From positions 62,001 to 126,000 of the forward strand of contig NMRA01000085.1 of assembly GCA_002633005.1 (NCBI GenBank): 64,000 nucleotides of DNA. Direction: 5' to 3'. The position numbers were made by a program, and so were the translations under genes. Of this stretch, positions 13,710 through 26,500 are shown in pieces (the stretch's first letter is position 1; each line of letters starts with the position of its first letter). The notes beneath the pieces are model-generated. The model did no database searches. It was not told the origin of the DNA and saw only the letters and a program-made list of their open reading frames with translations. Origin of the DNA: Phoronis australis (taxonomy: Eukaryota; Animalia; Phoronida).

Positions 13710-16700
13710 ATGAAAACAACGGGCAAAAGAAGCAGTTGTACTTCACAGGCCGCGTCAAGGGAAGCTGGGAAAAAAGACATAGAAGCCACAGGTTGGTAAG
13801 GGTGAACGTAACGCTATGTGTTTTATTGATATGATATCCAAGTGGAAGGTCGAGATTAAAATTGACTTTGTTTCCTGTCCTGCATTGAGCTCTAAAATAT
13901 GTACGCGCCTCGAAACCTTTTGTTAGCAATCTGACGGAACTTTAAGTTTTCCACTGTAAAAACTTTTCGGAAATCGATGTTCCGTTTTCAATGTTTTGGG
14001 GTTTTTTTCTCTCGCTAAATTGTGCTGTCTTGTATACTATCATTGTATGAAGTTGGCGAACTCGAGTTTTCATTGTCTTGAATTAAAATTAAAATGACTT
14101 ATAACTGAGAATACTATGAAATAGATCATTTTGCAATTAGCGCGTAAGTGAATAACGAAATATTTATCCAACGTTCGTGCTTCTGTTCTGGTCTAAAACA
14201 AATGTGATTAGATCATTTTACCTACCGAGGTAGCCTGTTAGCTACTTGTGTGAAGGCTAGGTTAAAATACAGGAAACTGTATACTGAAACACCTTTTAAC
14301 AAGGCTACATATATATGGAGGTGCAATATGTGTACGAATTTGGGTTACAACGTGAATGATTTCGGTTTGATAACGTATTATTTTTGCAGACGAAAAGTCG
14401 GCCGCCAAGAAATCGAAGCTTGTTCCAAGCAATATGATGGAAAACAGAAAACCAGTAGCTGCATCTTCTGGAAGGAAATCGAGATACCGTAAAAAGAGCG
14501 ATAGTCTGAATAACAATTCCAGATTCCGACCAGGTTTAAGGTGCCACCATTTGGAAACTGGAAACATTTCTACTATTCAGGAGGTTACTTCATATGCAGG
14601 CAACAAAATCAACGAAAATAAAGAAGGCGACACTAAACTCTTACACGCATCAGAAATGGCAAAACCTAATCATGTTATTCAACCTGACACAAATGATGGA
14701 TTTCTCATAGAAAGTGCAGAGAATGCAAAATCGGTACACATTTTAAAATCCAAAGCCACTGATGCAAATCTTCTACATATCGATTCTCAGTCTCTCATTT
14801 CAGTCACCTCAATCGATCCAATAAATGAAATCACCGCCAGTAAGTCTACGGTTGCAGAACATATTGTAAAAAAGCGACACCACAAAAATCACCAGGTACA
14901 TATCACTGGAGTTACAAAAACATTCGAAAGTATGCGTAATGGCGAAGCCTCAGTTTCAAGAACACCTGAAACTGTTCAAAACCCAGAGACTCTTCATTCA
15001 TCTCATGATCTCTCGAACAAAAGTACCAGTCACGAAATGGGTTATTCGTGTGACAAACTCGACAAAGAAAGTCATATCGATCAGGTACAGTATGTTGAAG
15101 CTTGTGTAGAGGAAAGGAAGAATTTAGCACAAATGTTCAGGGAAAGTAACAAGATACTAAAGACCACAGAACAAGATAACGCGAAGTACCATCAGACGCA
15201 GTTGGAAATATCCCTGAAGACTGAAATTATCGGTATTGGTCATTGTTCAGAAGTTTCCAGAAAAGTTGCTGAAGAAATAGAGATGGCTGACAAAGTTGAA
15301 TCTCCTGTTGCAAAAGAGTCGGTGCGTTACAAATGTTCAACAGCGCTGATGCTTAAGGACACTGACGTTGTCACAAGTACGGACGGTACATGCTCTGGCC
15401 ATTCAGAGGACGCACGGATTTGCTGTGAAGCTCGCAACGACGCTGAGATTTACAAGACAGATGAAGAAGCAAACTCGTCAGTTGCAGAAGTAATGACTGA
15501 CGGAGCGATGATTCTCAAAAGAGCTAGTGATAAAGAACACGCAACTTTGTTAGACAAAATAGCGAAGCATGAAAACAAAGAAGTATTGGATGATGAGTTG
15601 ATTGAGGAAGAAGAAGGAAACATCACACAAGTGAAACTAGAAACAACTGAGAACAATGCCGGAAGCCAGCCACTAGAAATGTCGAACGATACAAACTCAC
15701 GAAATCAATGTTCAATTGTTTTGGACAACGCAGATGAGTACAATACTGTGAGCAGATTGAAAGTGTCAAAAACTCGCTGTCAAGAATCAACAGTGAATGA
15801 TCCAGAGTGCACTACATCCAACGATACACAGAGACAAAAGGACAGCATTACAATGGTCCCATTAGTAACAGATGTTAAGAAGTCTGTGGAGAGTCAAAAA
15901 GAGTTATGCCAAGTGGTAGGTCAATCAAGTATCACTAAGAGTTTAGAGCTAACATCTGCTTTTCCAGGTTCTCCCATTACCAATTTTGGTTCTCGTGACA
16001 TGTCATGTGATGAAGCTGAACCAGTGCACTTTACAGAACGTAATAGAGGATCACATAGCTCCAAAGCGAATGAGGAAACTGAAATCCTTGACGAAATCCA
16101 AACAAGACCCGTTGCTTTCTCTGAAAATGAGGCTGTTCTTGGAATGACAGGTGACAAGCTTGGTTTAGCGCAAGGTAGCGACAAGTATGACTCTGGTTTG
16201 GGCACTTCTTTTAATGACAGTACTTGCTACTCGGAAGTGTCTCAGTTTAGGAGCTGTTCGTCCCATCCATCTGCCAACGACAGTGGTGAACTTTTGCAAT
16301 CATTTGTGGACGAGTCCACAGAAAAAGCGCGACGGGTAATGGTGGATTTCTCGTCAGACGAAAATGGTCATATGCTATGGGCTACCGTCAACCAAAACAC
16401 AACTATAAATGAATCGCCAGCATCCTTAAGTATGAGCAATGAAAACATTGGAGGATCACAGCCAATTTTAGAAAACGAGGGACCTGTACATGTAGATCCA
16501 GACAGACACGATGTTGAACTCGCCCTGTTGTCGTCGTCCCAAGTTGAGAAGTCTATTTCTCAAGGTGAAGCGTTGCTGTACAAGCACTTGCAACCAGTAG
16601 TAGAAGAAAGTAAAGTGAATGCTGATACCCCACACCACTTGTCTCAACGTGAACATCAAGTGGTCATTTCAGTCGAATTGTCGCTAGATGAGCAACCACA

Positions 16701-19700
16701 AGCACTCACGGAAGGAGTAGTTGAAAGCTGTAGGGAGAAACTAGACGACGGCCTCGTAAACGCTCCCACAATGCCCTTTCCTTTTCAAACGGAAAATGGG
16801 TTAATAATATGCGTTTCCAATCCTCAAACATCGCCACACAAAGAGCCAGATGCTAAGGAAGAGAATCATTGTGAAACATCCCAGGATGTGCTTGTTAAAC
16901 TCAACAGGGAAACAAATGTTCAGTTTGGTTCCTGCTCACTTCTTACGTCGTCCGATGTTAGTGCTCCTGTTGCTATCCCCAAGACCTCAGTTCCTTCTAC
17001 AGCAGGGGTGGATTTCCAAGCCGTGACGTGTGCTAATGCAGGCGGATCGTCTCAGTCGCACACAGAACTTTTCCAACACAGTGACACGTGTCTTCATGAT
17101 AGCCGTTCTTCCCATAAGTATACAAATGCTGGTGACTCCTGTATCCAACCAAAAGTGGATGTTATTACGCCTCAAACCGTGGCATGTAATTCGACACGCG
17201 AACCAGCAAACAACCCGGTGGAAGAGCGCCAAGAGGTGAAGTTTGACGCAAACGCAGAGGACCAGGACTTCCACGATGAAGACATATCTGATTCACAGCT
17301 CTGTGAAATGGAGCTGGAGGCGTTTAGGTCAGTCTCTGGTTATGCGGTTGAATCGAATTAGATCGAAACCTCCTCGAATTAACCTTTCTAAAAATTTTGT
17401 TGTAACTCAGTGATGTTCGTTATGATGTTCAGCTGTTAACTTATTTGTTATTAGCCTAACTATCAACATTTCAAGAATAACGAGGGAAGGGTAAAGATTG
17501 AAGGTTAAATGATGAACGTAGGCCTCATATGTTGAAACTGGGAACCACCTGTGAATTGTCGAGGACAGTGGGTAATGGTCCCCTAATTCACCTATTCACC
17601 TTTTCAATAGTTTTTTTAATAATTTTATTCTTCAACAATATTCACTTATAATTTTCAAAGGGTGAAAGGGTGAACAAGGAAAAGGGGTAAGGACTTCCAC
17701 TCACACACTCATTCACACACTTCATCATTTGTAGTACCTTTTCAATACAGTAGTTAGCTGAAGGTCCGATGTTTGTTATTACCGTGGATTTCCGATAATC
17801 TACTTATGTGCTTTTTCGGAATCCACGATTTCTTCATTGAAGTTAGTTCCTAAAAATAACACCTAGGGTAGTTCGAACTTTTCGCAATTGCAAAAATTAA
17901 AGATGTCAACCGTATTTTGGAAATACCCAAATAATATTTTGTTGGTTTTGCAGTTGCAGTAAAACTTTATACCGGTTCAAAGATAATTTTATGCCACATG
18001 AAAATAGTGCAATCTCTTCGCGATTTTTTAGAACGAGGCGGAATTACGTCTAACGTCATCGCTTACTGGAAACGCAAAGACACTAGACACGGGCTAGAAA
18101 TATCAGCTCGATTTAATTATGTTTGCTGCTTGGGTGTCATTAAACGAATAAACTGTCACTTGCCAACCTAAAATGCCCAACTTTTGAACAAATCGGATTT
18201 TTAAGGACCACAAAATGAAAGAAAAGCGGTGACTAACATTTCTCTCGAATGTTTTCAGAATATCACCAGTCGCTTAGTGGTCCAGTAGAAAAAAACGCAG
18301 TCGGACGCTTCCTGGTAATCATGGGCGGCACAGCACTGAAAAAAGTGGGGGCTAAAGCCCCCCCCCCCAGCTCCCTATGGTGCGCCACCCATGGTAATGG
18401 GCGCTTTATTTGAAATCCCTGTGAACTTAAGCTGCTTGCTTGTGCTTTTGCACGTGTAGCAGTAAGGTGAGCAAAGGGTACGCATCTCAGCAGGAATTAA
18501 CATCTGATTTCAGCACACTAGAAAAGGGGACCACAGACGTGATGGAAAAGGGGAAACTCGCCGTTGATGATTGTGAGGCAGGAGATATAGTTTTCACAGG
18601 TTTGCTGCAGGAACTTATCACCGTTAAGTAAGTTATATTATTTACATGCACGCACCCAGTCTTCAATACGGGGGGCTCGAATTCCTGACGTTGTGGATCT
18701 TTTGGTAACAAAAAAGCGGGCGGACTAAAAAAAGGGGGGGCACCACTGTGAATTGCGCGTTTGTGCTAGTTTAGTGGACTTTTGTCTCAATTTCTCGGAC
18801 TTATTGTTTCTCTGAGACGGACCTTTTTGCCCACTTCGTCAAATGGGGGGCTCATTCGAGTCCCCCGGGTGCGCGCATGATTTAATGTCCAGACGGCCGA
18901 GTTACTAAGACATACGATTGGTTTGTACGCTGGGAAGCCGCCATCGAAAACCAATCGTATGCCTTCGCCGGCTGAAGCGGGCGGAACCTACGAAGTTAAT
19001 CAACTGCGGCCATTTATTGAACAAACTCTACCACTTGTTCATTTTTCGACGGATCCATGTAATAGCTTTTCTCGTCTTCTGTTCAGCTTTGATTTCTATT
19101 GTGGAACATTTGATACCAGGACTTTTTCTTGAAGGTCGGACAAGGTTATCGCAAAGTGGTCTTCCCCGAAGCTTACGAGATTTTCGTTTCTTGTCATTTT
19201 AGCTTCTTTGCAGGTAGAAGGTTTTTGCTGTGAACGGCGTATATGGTCGGTCACCTTTTTTTAATGTTTATTACGAAATCTTCAGAATACAATGAATATA
19301 CATAACCCAGAAAGCGCCAAGAGGCATTAGATCGGTCATCCGCGTCCGTATTAACAGTTACTTCTAAATGTTACATTTAGGTTCAATTTTCAGACAAAAA
19401 TAAATTACATTCTTTGTGACACATATGTCGCGTTTCAATGCAAACTATATCTCCGGATCATCTCATCTGAGAATATACTCAACATAAAACAGTCATACGC
19501 GATTATTACCGGATATGCGTTTATTTAGGCTCATGCGCTTATATCCGTAACAAATCGTTTTTAATGAAAAGTATTTGCTGTGTACCCGGGTGTTTAGGCA
19601 TATCCACCTGTATTTGAAGCAGCACCTATATCCGGAATTAGGCCCATGCGCCTATACTGGAACCATTGAGTAAAAACCATGTTTTAAAGTGGTGCTATTT

Positions 19701-21520
19701 GACTCGTGAAATGTAGTCAAGGCCGACTCCTGCGAATGATATAGGCTGCGTGTACATGGAGTGTATCTCGGCATAAGTTTGCTACGTTATGCTGCTATGG
19801 TTTCGAGCATACTCGCGAAACATTCGCCTTTCACTCGCACAATTTTTCGTGGTCACGGGAGGCATACGTTCAGCTATCAAACCTGTGGTTTTTAAGAATA
19901 TAATCTAGGCTTACGGCAGTGAGAGCCGTTGTCACCAGCATAATTTTCTTTATTCATAAATCATGCAAAACTCCAACTTAAAAAATGTCAGAAGTGCATT
20001 TTAAAACAAAGTACACTTTTTGCTTTCTCAGTTCCACCCGTATGATTTAGTTTGTTTTTTTTTGTCAATGATAGAATATTGCTCCATCATTTCGGGTTTA
20101 TTTCCGTTTTTCTAGCGGTGAAGCTGCACGTACAAGGGCTCACATCATTTCTTGGATACCCAAGTTTACGGCCAATGCCGTTATATGGCGATAATTGATG
20201 GCGGACGTGCGAACATAAAGAACTTGAAAACGATGTTCGCCAACCCTTTTTTAGTGATGATAGAATTGCCCAGCGCATTTTCTTGTGCGATTATAATATT
20301 TCAGGAAAAAATCGGTGCACTCCTGTTACAGAGATTTTAAATTCATTAAAATTGTTCGCATTTTCTGAAAATTAATAGGTCGTGCATTTAGCAGAATACA
20401 ATAATGCATGCATAAAGAGAAGAGTTGAAGAATAAAGTGGATACAAAAGCGCCTCCTGTCACAAATTCTTTAGTTAGACCACTTACTGTCATGACATTGG
20501 TCTCAAATTATTCCTTTAGACAAATTGTATGCGGTTTAGAGGCTTCGTGCGAACTAGCAGTTCGTCATTGTTCGACAGCAGGCTACTATAAGTTTGGCTT
20601 GTCACAGCCTAACTTGAACATTTTACTATGGGCCGAGCGCAATCAAGATACAACGATCTGCCCGGCATGGTTTGCAAACCTGCTCCAGCGGAGTCAGGAG
20701 CAAGCAATTCGACACAATTTTTACAGCGGTTTGTGATTTAAATCAAAAGTTCAAGAGTAAAATTTTATGTCGATTTCTGACTAGGGCGTAGAACGAAAGG
20801 AAAACGGTATTCGTTACTTCATCTCTTTTTCATATAGGTGACTTGTAAGTATTTTGAATGGCCATGGGCTGAATGTCTGCTAGTGTTCAATGTTGTTTTA
20901 TATGCATTTTTTACTTTTCCACTCATGGCAAAGTACTAAGTACCCCGTAAATGCATATAGACACAATGCGCGCGCGTACACGGTCACATAAACACTACAG
21001 TCACTTCCCTCAGGTTTCGCCCACTCAAAACACGACTGACTGCGAAACACAGTGGTGGATACAGAAAACACGACTTAGGCACCCTAAAAACTCGTGCCCG
21101 TACTCACAAACACCGCCCAATTTCGGACATGGTTGTTGAGCCGTGTTTGTGACTGGTGCGCACGAGTGTGGGAGTCGTGTTGGCATATGACTGGCGACAC
21201 CTGTCGTCTTTCAAGTTATGTTGGTAAAGGCGATTTTTACTTCTAAAATCGTTGGAGTTCTGTCTCTATTTATTACGGACACTGTCCTCTGAGGAAGCCA
21301 CTACATTAATGATACTTCGGCACAAACTTGTTTTTCTCCTTCAAAACTACCAGTAGCGACTACAATGGGATATTTTTCTTTATTTCTTTTATATTCCTTT
21401 TTCAGCAACATGGTCCGAAAATTTAAGGTCCAGTATGAAGAAGCCTGCTCGGGGTCACCGAGACCTTCTAACATTAGACCTACAGTATTACCTGTGCATG
21501 TTAAAAACATTGGTACATAG
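13710..21520 (+). CDS. Large low-complexity protein, ~1100 aa; tentative BRME1/C19orf57-like meiotic recombinase recruitment factor
   Basis: Proposed exons 13710-13791 (ATG, donor GTTGGT), 14390-17327 (covers the 975-aa ORF, donor GTCAGT), 18460-18627 (donor GTAAGT) and 21406-21520 (long pyrimidine tract, stop TAG). Phases are consistent; total 3303 nt. The body is rich in S/E/T/N/D. C-terminal motifs DISDSQLCEME and EAGDIVFTGLLQELITVNNMVRKFKVQYEEA. The gene is well supported; the BRME1 identity and the first and last exons are less certain. Confidence 0.6.
18320..18393. mobile_element. 74-bp MITE, 5-bp TSD GTAAT (hAT5-like)
   Basis: TIRs CATGGGCGGCACA / TGCGCCACCCATG. GTAAT at 18315-18319 and 18394-18398. 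Reverse-complement homolog of 11414-11489. Confidence 0.8.
18645..18879. mobile_element. 235-bp MITE, 5-bp TSD ATTTA (hAT5-like)
   Basis: TIRs CATGCACGCACCC / GGGTGCGCGCATG. ATTTA at 18640-18644 and 18880-18884. Confidence 0.8.
21067..21181. repeat. Imperfect inverted repeat, probable MITE core
   Basis: AACACGACT..CTCGTGC..TCACAAACAC pairs with GTGTTTGTGA..GCACGAG..AGTCGTGTT. Confidence 0.45.
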
Positions 21521-21677
21521 TTCTCGTTTGACATTAAGGCGAAGTTCTATTCTTTTTAAAGCCATCTTTCTGCTGTTCTCTTAAACTTCGATAGAGCCGT
21601 AAATATACTATTTTGGATGTTTTCACAGCATGGTCAAGCAATAATGGCAGAATGCCAAAACTTGAAATCCGTTTATT

Positions 21678-21683
21678 AATAAA
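21678..21683 (+). promoter_or_regulatory. Candidate polyadenylation signal of the BRME1-like gene
   Basis: AATAAA about 160 nt after the proposed stop codon. Confidence 0.5.
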
Positions 21684-23521
21684 AGACATAGTCTACAAGA
21701 ACTCTTAAATTGACAAGGGTCTAGATATCTTGTTTTTTATGAATTTACTAAATCTTAGTAACCGCACTATCAAAATGTTTGGCCTCTTGAAAGTTATTTA
21801 AAAAGCCATTTGCTTTGTTTGTTTAACGTTATTTAAAATGCTAGTTAGAACGTTCTGTTTTATTGTTGAGCTCAGCAAATACATCAGTTAAACAACTGTT
21901 GAAATCGTATTACTTTAGTTGTTTTGGCTGCTTCTTCACTCTTGAAAGTAGATTTCATATCCAGTTCTACGACCAGGCCTACCGATTCCACACTATGTGA
22001 AACTGATAATACCAGAGGAGAACTCAGAAACCTTTGAGTAACTCCATCAACATATTCAGTTAACAGGAGCCACTGCGGGAGCTGTAACAATCAACTTCAG
22101 CCATACTCTTCTCAATAGCAGCGTGCTTTCAAATTTCATGACAACCCTTCAAGCAGTAACGCACATTACAGAGGCCAATGCCAAAAACAAATGTGAAAGC
22201 ATTGGAATTGTCATTCAGGCCCAGTCCAAATGTATCCAACAATGGGCAGAGATCCTATCCATGGTAGAAACACAAAAGTCCACCGAAGAACTTGGTGAGT
22301 ATAGAGGTAGGCTAAAAAGAAGTCCAGACGAATTTTAAAAATATAAATTATATTTACAATGATACATGAACAATACAACAACACAAACATTGGCATGCAC
22401 CCACTTGGTGAAAAGTTGAAAGCTAAGTGTTACTTTTTTCAAATATTCTCACCAAAAATAACAAGATGAAATGAAATACGATAAGGATACGGAACTCATC
22501 AGAAAAATAATCATTTGCCAAAGTAGACAAAATTATTCCCCATCGCATTTTTAAGGCTATTATTTTACATGGAAATGATTTTTTGTGTCAACATGAGGTC
22601 AAAACACAATTATTTGGTTTCGGTCTTTGATGCAGTGGTGTGTTATTTTTAGTTGGCCATTTTCAAAAAAATCCACCAGAGGAACAAAAGGGTCCCTGAT
22701 GTATTTTTACTACTCTGAAACCAGTCTAAGTGCTGCAGCCATGTGGTCGTCACTGCTCATGGCCTTGGGGGGCACTCTCTCACACGCAAGACGGTGCATT
22801 ATTTACAGGTACTTATGCCTCATTGGACTTTGCTGAAATTGATGAGGGAGGGCACTTTTAAATGGTGAGCACAAGTTTCAAAATGAGTTGGGGTACAGAC
22901 CCGAGCCAACCCTGCTTTTTGGCATAGGCCAGATGAACAGTTTTGCATCACTTTATTTCCCACATACCACCTTATTACAGTTGCAAAGTGAGAAAATTTT
23001 ACAACAGAAATTATTTTCATACACTGTATGATGTGATGCAGATTCAAAATTTTTCACTATGACCATGAAATGAGGTAAAGATCGCCAATTTTGACTAGCG
23101 ATACCCAGGAAAATGTGAACAAAGTGTAAAGCTTCATCCTAGAGATATCGCGCCATCATTTCTAACCCGAACTAATTACTAGCCTTGAAAACAAGGTCAA
23201 GTTCGCTAAATTCGACTGGCACCTTGAGAAGCCCCACCTGCACCAAATGTAAACCTTTTTCAGAAGATACCACACAATATTTTCAGGATGTGACCTTGAA
23301 AATCCCATCAGTTCTTAATTTGGGTTTAAAGTGATCACCTTAGCTGGAAAATTTATGCGACCTTACAACACCTGATCATGCAGATTGTTACTGCCAACTT
23401 GAGGTAAAACTTGCACAAGTCTCCTTACAAACTGAACACGACTCGATCACATAGCTAGAGTCTGTCTCACTGTTCACATCGGGCTGCCCGGACAAAGACT
23501 GGCTATTCTTGGACTTGAATA

Positions 23522-26500
23522 CTAAGCCATGATGTCAAAGTCATCTCTCTGAAACCGAATACAAGAATGTTATAGATTAAAGAATCAACAAGAGAAAAGC
23601 AAAGGGCTGATATGCATTCGCATTGGTGCTCTGCAAATGGCATGACCTTGACAGTGCTTATTAGGTTTACGTAAAGTGATCAGATTACATAACCAGATAT
23701 GTGAAGGTAATCGGGATGAATTGATAACTAGAGAAAGATGCCAAAATGCCTCAAAGTACTGAAGAATTAGTTGGGTTCAAACAAAAATTGGTGAGCACTG
23801 TTCTGTCCACGATGTAAGCAGATGTGGGGTAAAAAAAAATTACATATGATTTGGTAGTAAAAGATAAACATAAAATGTAGAATGAATATAAGGCACTGAA
23901 CCATCCTAAGATTTATCTGAAAACTGAGTCATCAGCTTTAAGGGAAATCTTTTAAATCAGCTTGGCAAATACCAAGGATGATAAAAACAAATGTCAAAAA
24001 CTAAAGCTGCCCTTTGGGGCACCACGTACAGTAATCCGCCTGCAAAATGGCAAATCTTGTATAAACTCCTAGACAAGTACATAGCAAGTTCCAATACCCA
24101 TCCATGACGTGTTCATGTGCGGGTATGAATGTTTTCTCTTCATTTTCAGGAGTCTGTAAAAAGTATTATGTTTAATAAAAAAAACATCATCCATGATGGA
24201 ACTAGCAGGAAACCATCACGTTTACAATTAATTTCCAGAGACCGATTTTCTAACTTCCAAAGAATCAAAATGACCTAACGGTTTGTATACCAATGAGAAG
24301 CCAATTTCTTATTGTTTGACAGCTATTTTAGCACGACACTGTGCTTAAGTGAACAGTGAAAACCAGGGGCAGATCCAGGATTCTGAGTTCGGGGGTGGCA
24401 CAGTATTAGCCAAGGCTCCCTTGGCCCCCCCCCCCTTATATCCGCCACAGAAAACAGAAGCCTGGATACCACAATTTTTGAGCAGATATTACATCTCGAA
24501 AAATACTTCACTTTGTGTATGGTTTCCATGAATGTTGTCCATTGAAATTGACACAAGCAACGTTTTGTTTTGTATGCTCATGATTGTGTACCACCAAATC
24601 GTGAAAACGAAGAAGCAATTACAACGCACCAGTTCATTGTATTCCAGAACTTTCTTCCTAATGGCCGACGTGTCTGTCCACGTTACAAAATCTTCAAGGT
24701 TTCGAACGACTAAAAACGCAGGGTCTGTAATGACTTCTGGTCCTACTCTTACATCTGTCATATATGTCAAGGATTTCTGCAAACCATCCAGATAATATAT
24801 TTCCTGAAGCATGATCAGTATAACACCATAAACCCAGTCAATATGTTGTATTATAATTACATCTAGTGTGCTGGACTACTTCCAAAATTAAATTCCTAGC
24901 ACCTCGGAGGCATCACGTTTCCTTCAAAGGGAAGCTGGTAATGAAGATTGCCGAGAAGTTTCCTGGATGGAAACTACACTGTATTATATCAATATCTCAT
25001 GAACTACTAACGCATGGCCAATAACCAATATATTAGCAAGAAATGTGAACTTTAGAACACATATTTACATGATATTCTGTCAATATTTCTTTTCATTGCA
25101 ATACAACACACAGGAGAAAACAAACAAAAACAAGACGCTTCTACAACATCAAAGGTAGCTTTCATATTTTGGTCATTGGCGGGCAATGTCCAAATGATCC
25201 AAACAGGCAAAGTTAGGTAATGAACAGCAGGTGGGCATAAAAACATGAAAATCACTTTGATCTGGCTCACCTGTGTAGAACTCATTGCCACGGAACATGT
25301 GACACAGGGAATTTCAATCTCTCTTTAAAAACAAATTCGCATAATTAATCTCGGCATTATAGAGCCGTTATTCACTGTCAGCAAACCTTATGTTTTACAA
25401 AGTTATTTCACATTTTCCTTTTTAAACTTTCAAATTTGTGCTCAAAATTGATTACGCTGTTTTAAGTTCTTTTATGATTGAAAATCTGTTCTATGTGTAT
25501 TTTGTAAATCATAATAATAATAATAAATAAATAAATAACTTTATTTATAGAGCATAAAAAACATGTTAAGTGTAAAACTTATCTACCACATGGTCCTCGA
25601 AATTACAATACAAAGATATGCAGACTTGCCAGAGAGCTGAAGCCATCTACACAACTTGCAAATACAAAATTGGGTTTAATGAATTGCCAAAGGTAAATCA
25701 CAACATACCATTTTCACACCTGCAGGCCTTCCAATCGTACAGGTAACTTTTATTCATAGTCTACATTCTATTCATGTTTCAACTGGATAAACGAAAATGA
25801 CAGCATTTTCTCGCATTTTCCAAGTCAGGTGCTCCCATGGGACAAAAATCATGCAACAAATTGATCTATTCTTTGTCCATTTACAATGACAATAACACCT
25901 CTGATGTGAGATTATATTTCCACCTGTCGGAAGCTTGTCTTTCTGGTCAACTCGTCTACTTGCCAAAGATCATGTCAATTTTTTCATGACCGTCAGCAAC
26001 AGCTCTCTGATAATGACTGGGGTCCAGGGTGTAATATTTGTACTCAAAATCAATATTATTTTTTTTAAATTTTCTATTCTAATTTGTGCAAACTCAAGAA
26101 AAGTGACTACTAGTCTGCGCCCGAGTACGTTATGCTTTATGCATAGGAGTTTACAGTCTCACTGTGAACTTGATGACCACTATATTCCTGCAATAAAGAC
26201 AGAAAATCTCGAGATTTCGAGTAAAAACTTGAAATTTCTAGTACTCACTCTAACTTTTGGCCTCAATGCTGAGATCATCCAATGCAAACTATAATTAGAC
26301 AGTTATCCACGCAAGCCATTATGCACTCGAGCAAAGGACAATTATATGCTTATCTTGAGTTCCATGAAAAGTATAGAAAATTCCAACAATGCCGAGTTCG
26401 ATTTTGAGTAAGACGATTAGATCGCGGGACTAGATCTAAAGAACTAATTGTGTTCAACAAAAGGATACGTCCCTGTTCTATGAGCGTAACAGCTGTCTTC

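Noticed and set aside
14434-17361. 975-aa ORF as a stand-alone single-exon gene
   Set aside because: It is bounded by a good acceptor (14389) and donor (17328), with in-phase exons on both sides.
11414-18393. Inverted ~75-bp repeats 6.9 kb apart that could be the ends of one large transposon carrying the 975-aa ORF
   Set aside because: Each copy has its own TIR pair and its own different flanking duplication. The ORF has no transposase motifs and splices to exons outside the interval.
20425-22338. ORFs 20425-20736 and 22123-22338 as alternative last exons of the large gene
   Set aside because: Weaker acceptors and no continuation of the helix pattern. Exon 21406-21520 has a much stronger pyrimidine tract and a nearby AATAAA. 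Not formally excluded.
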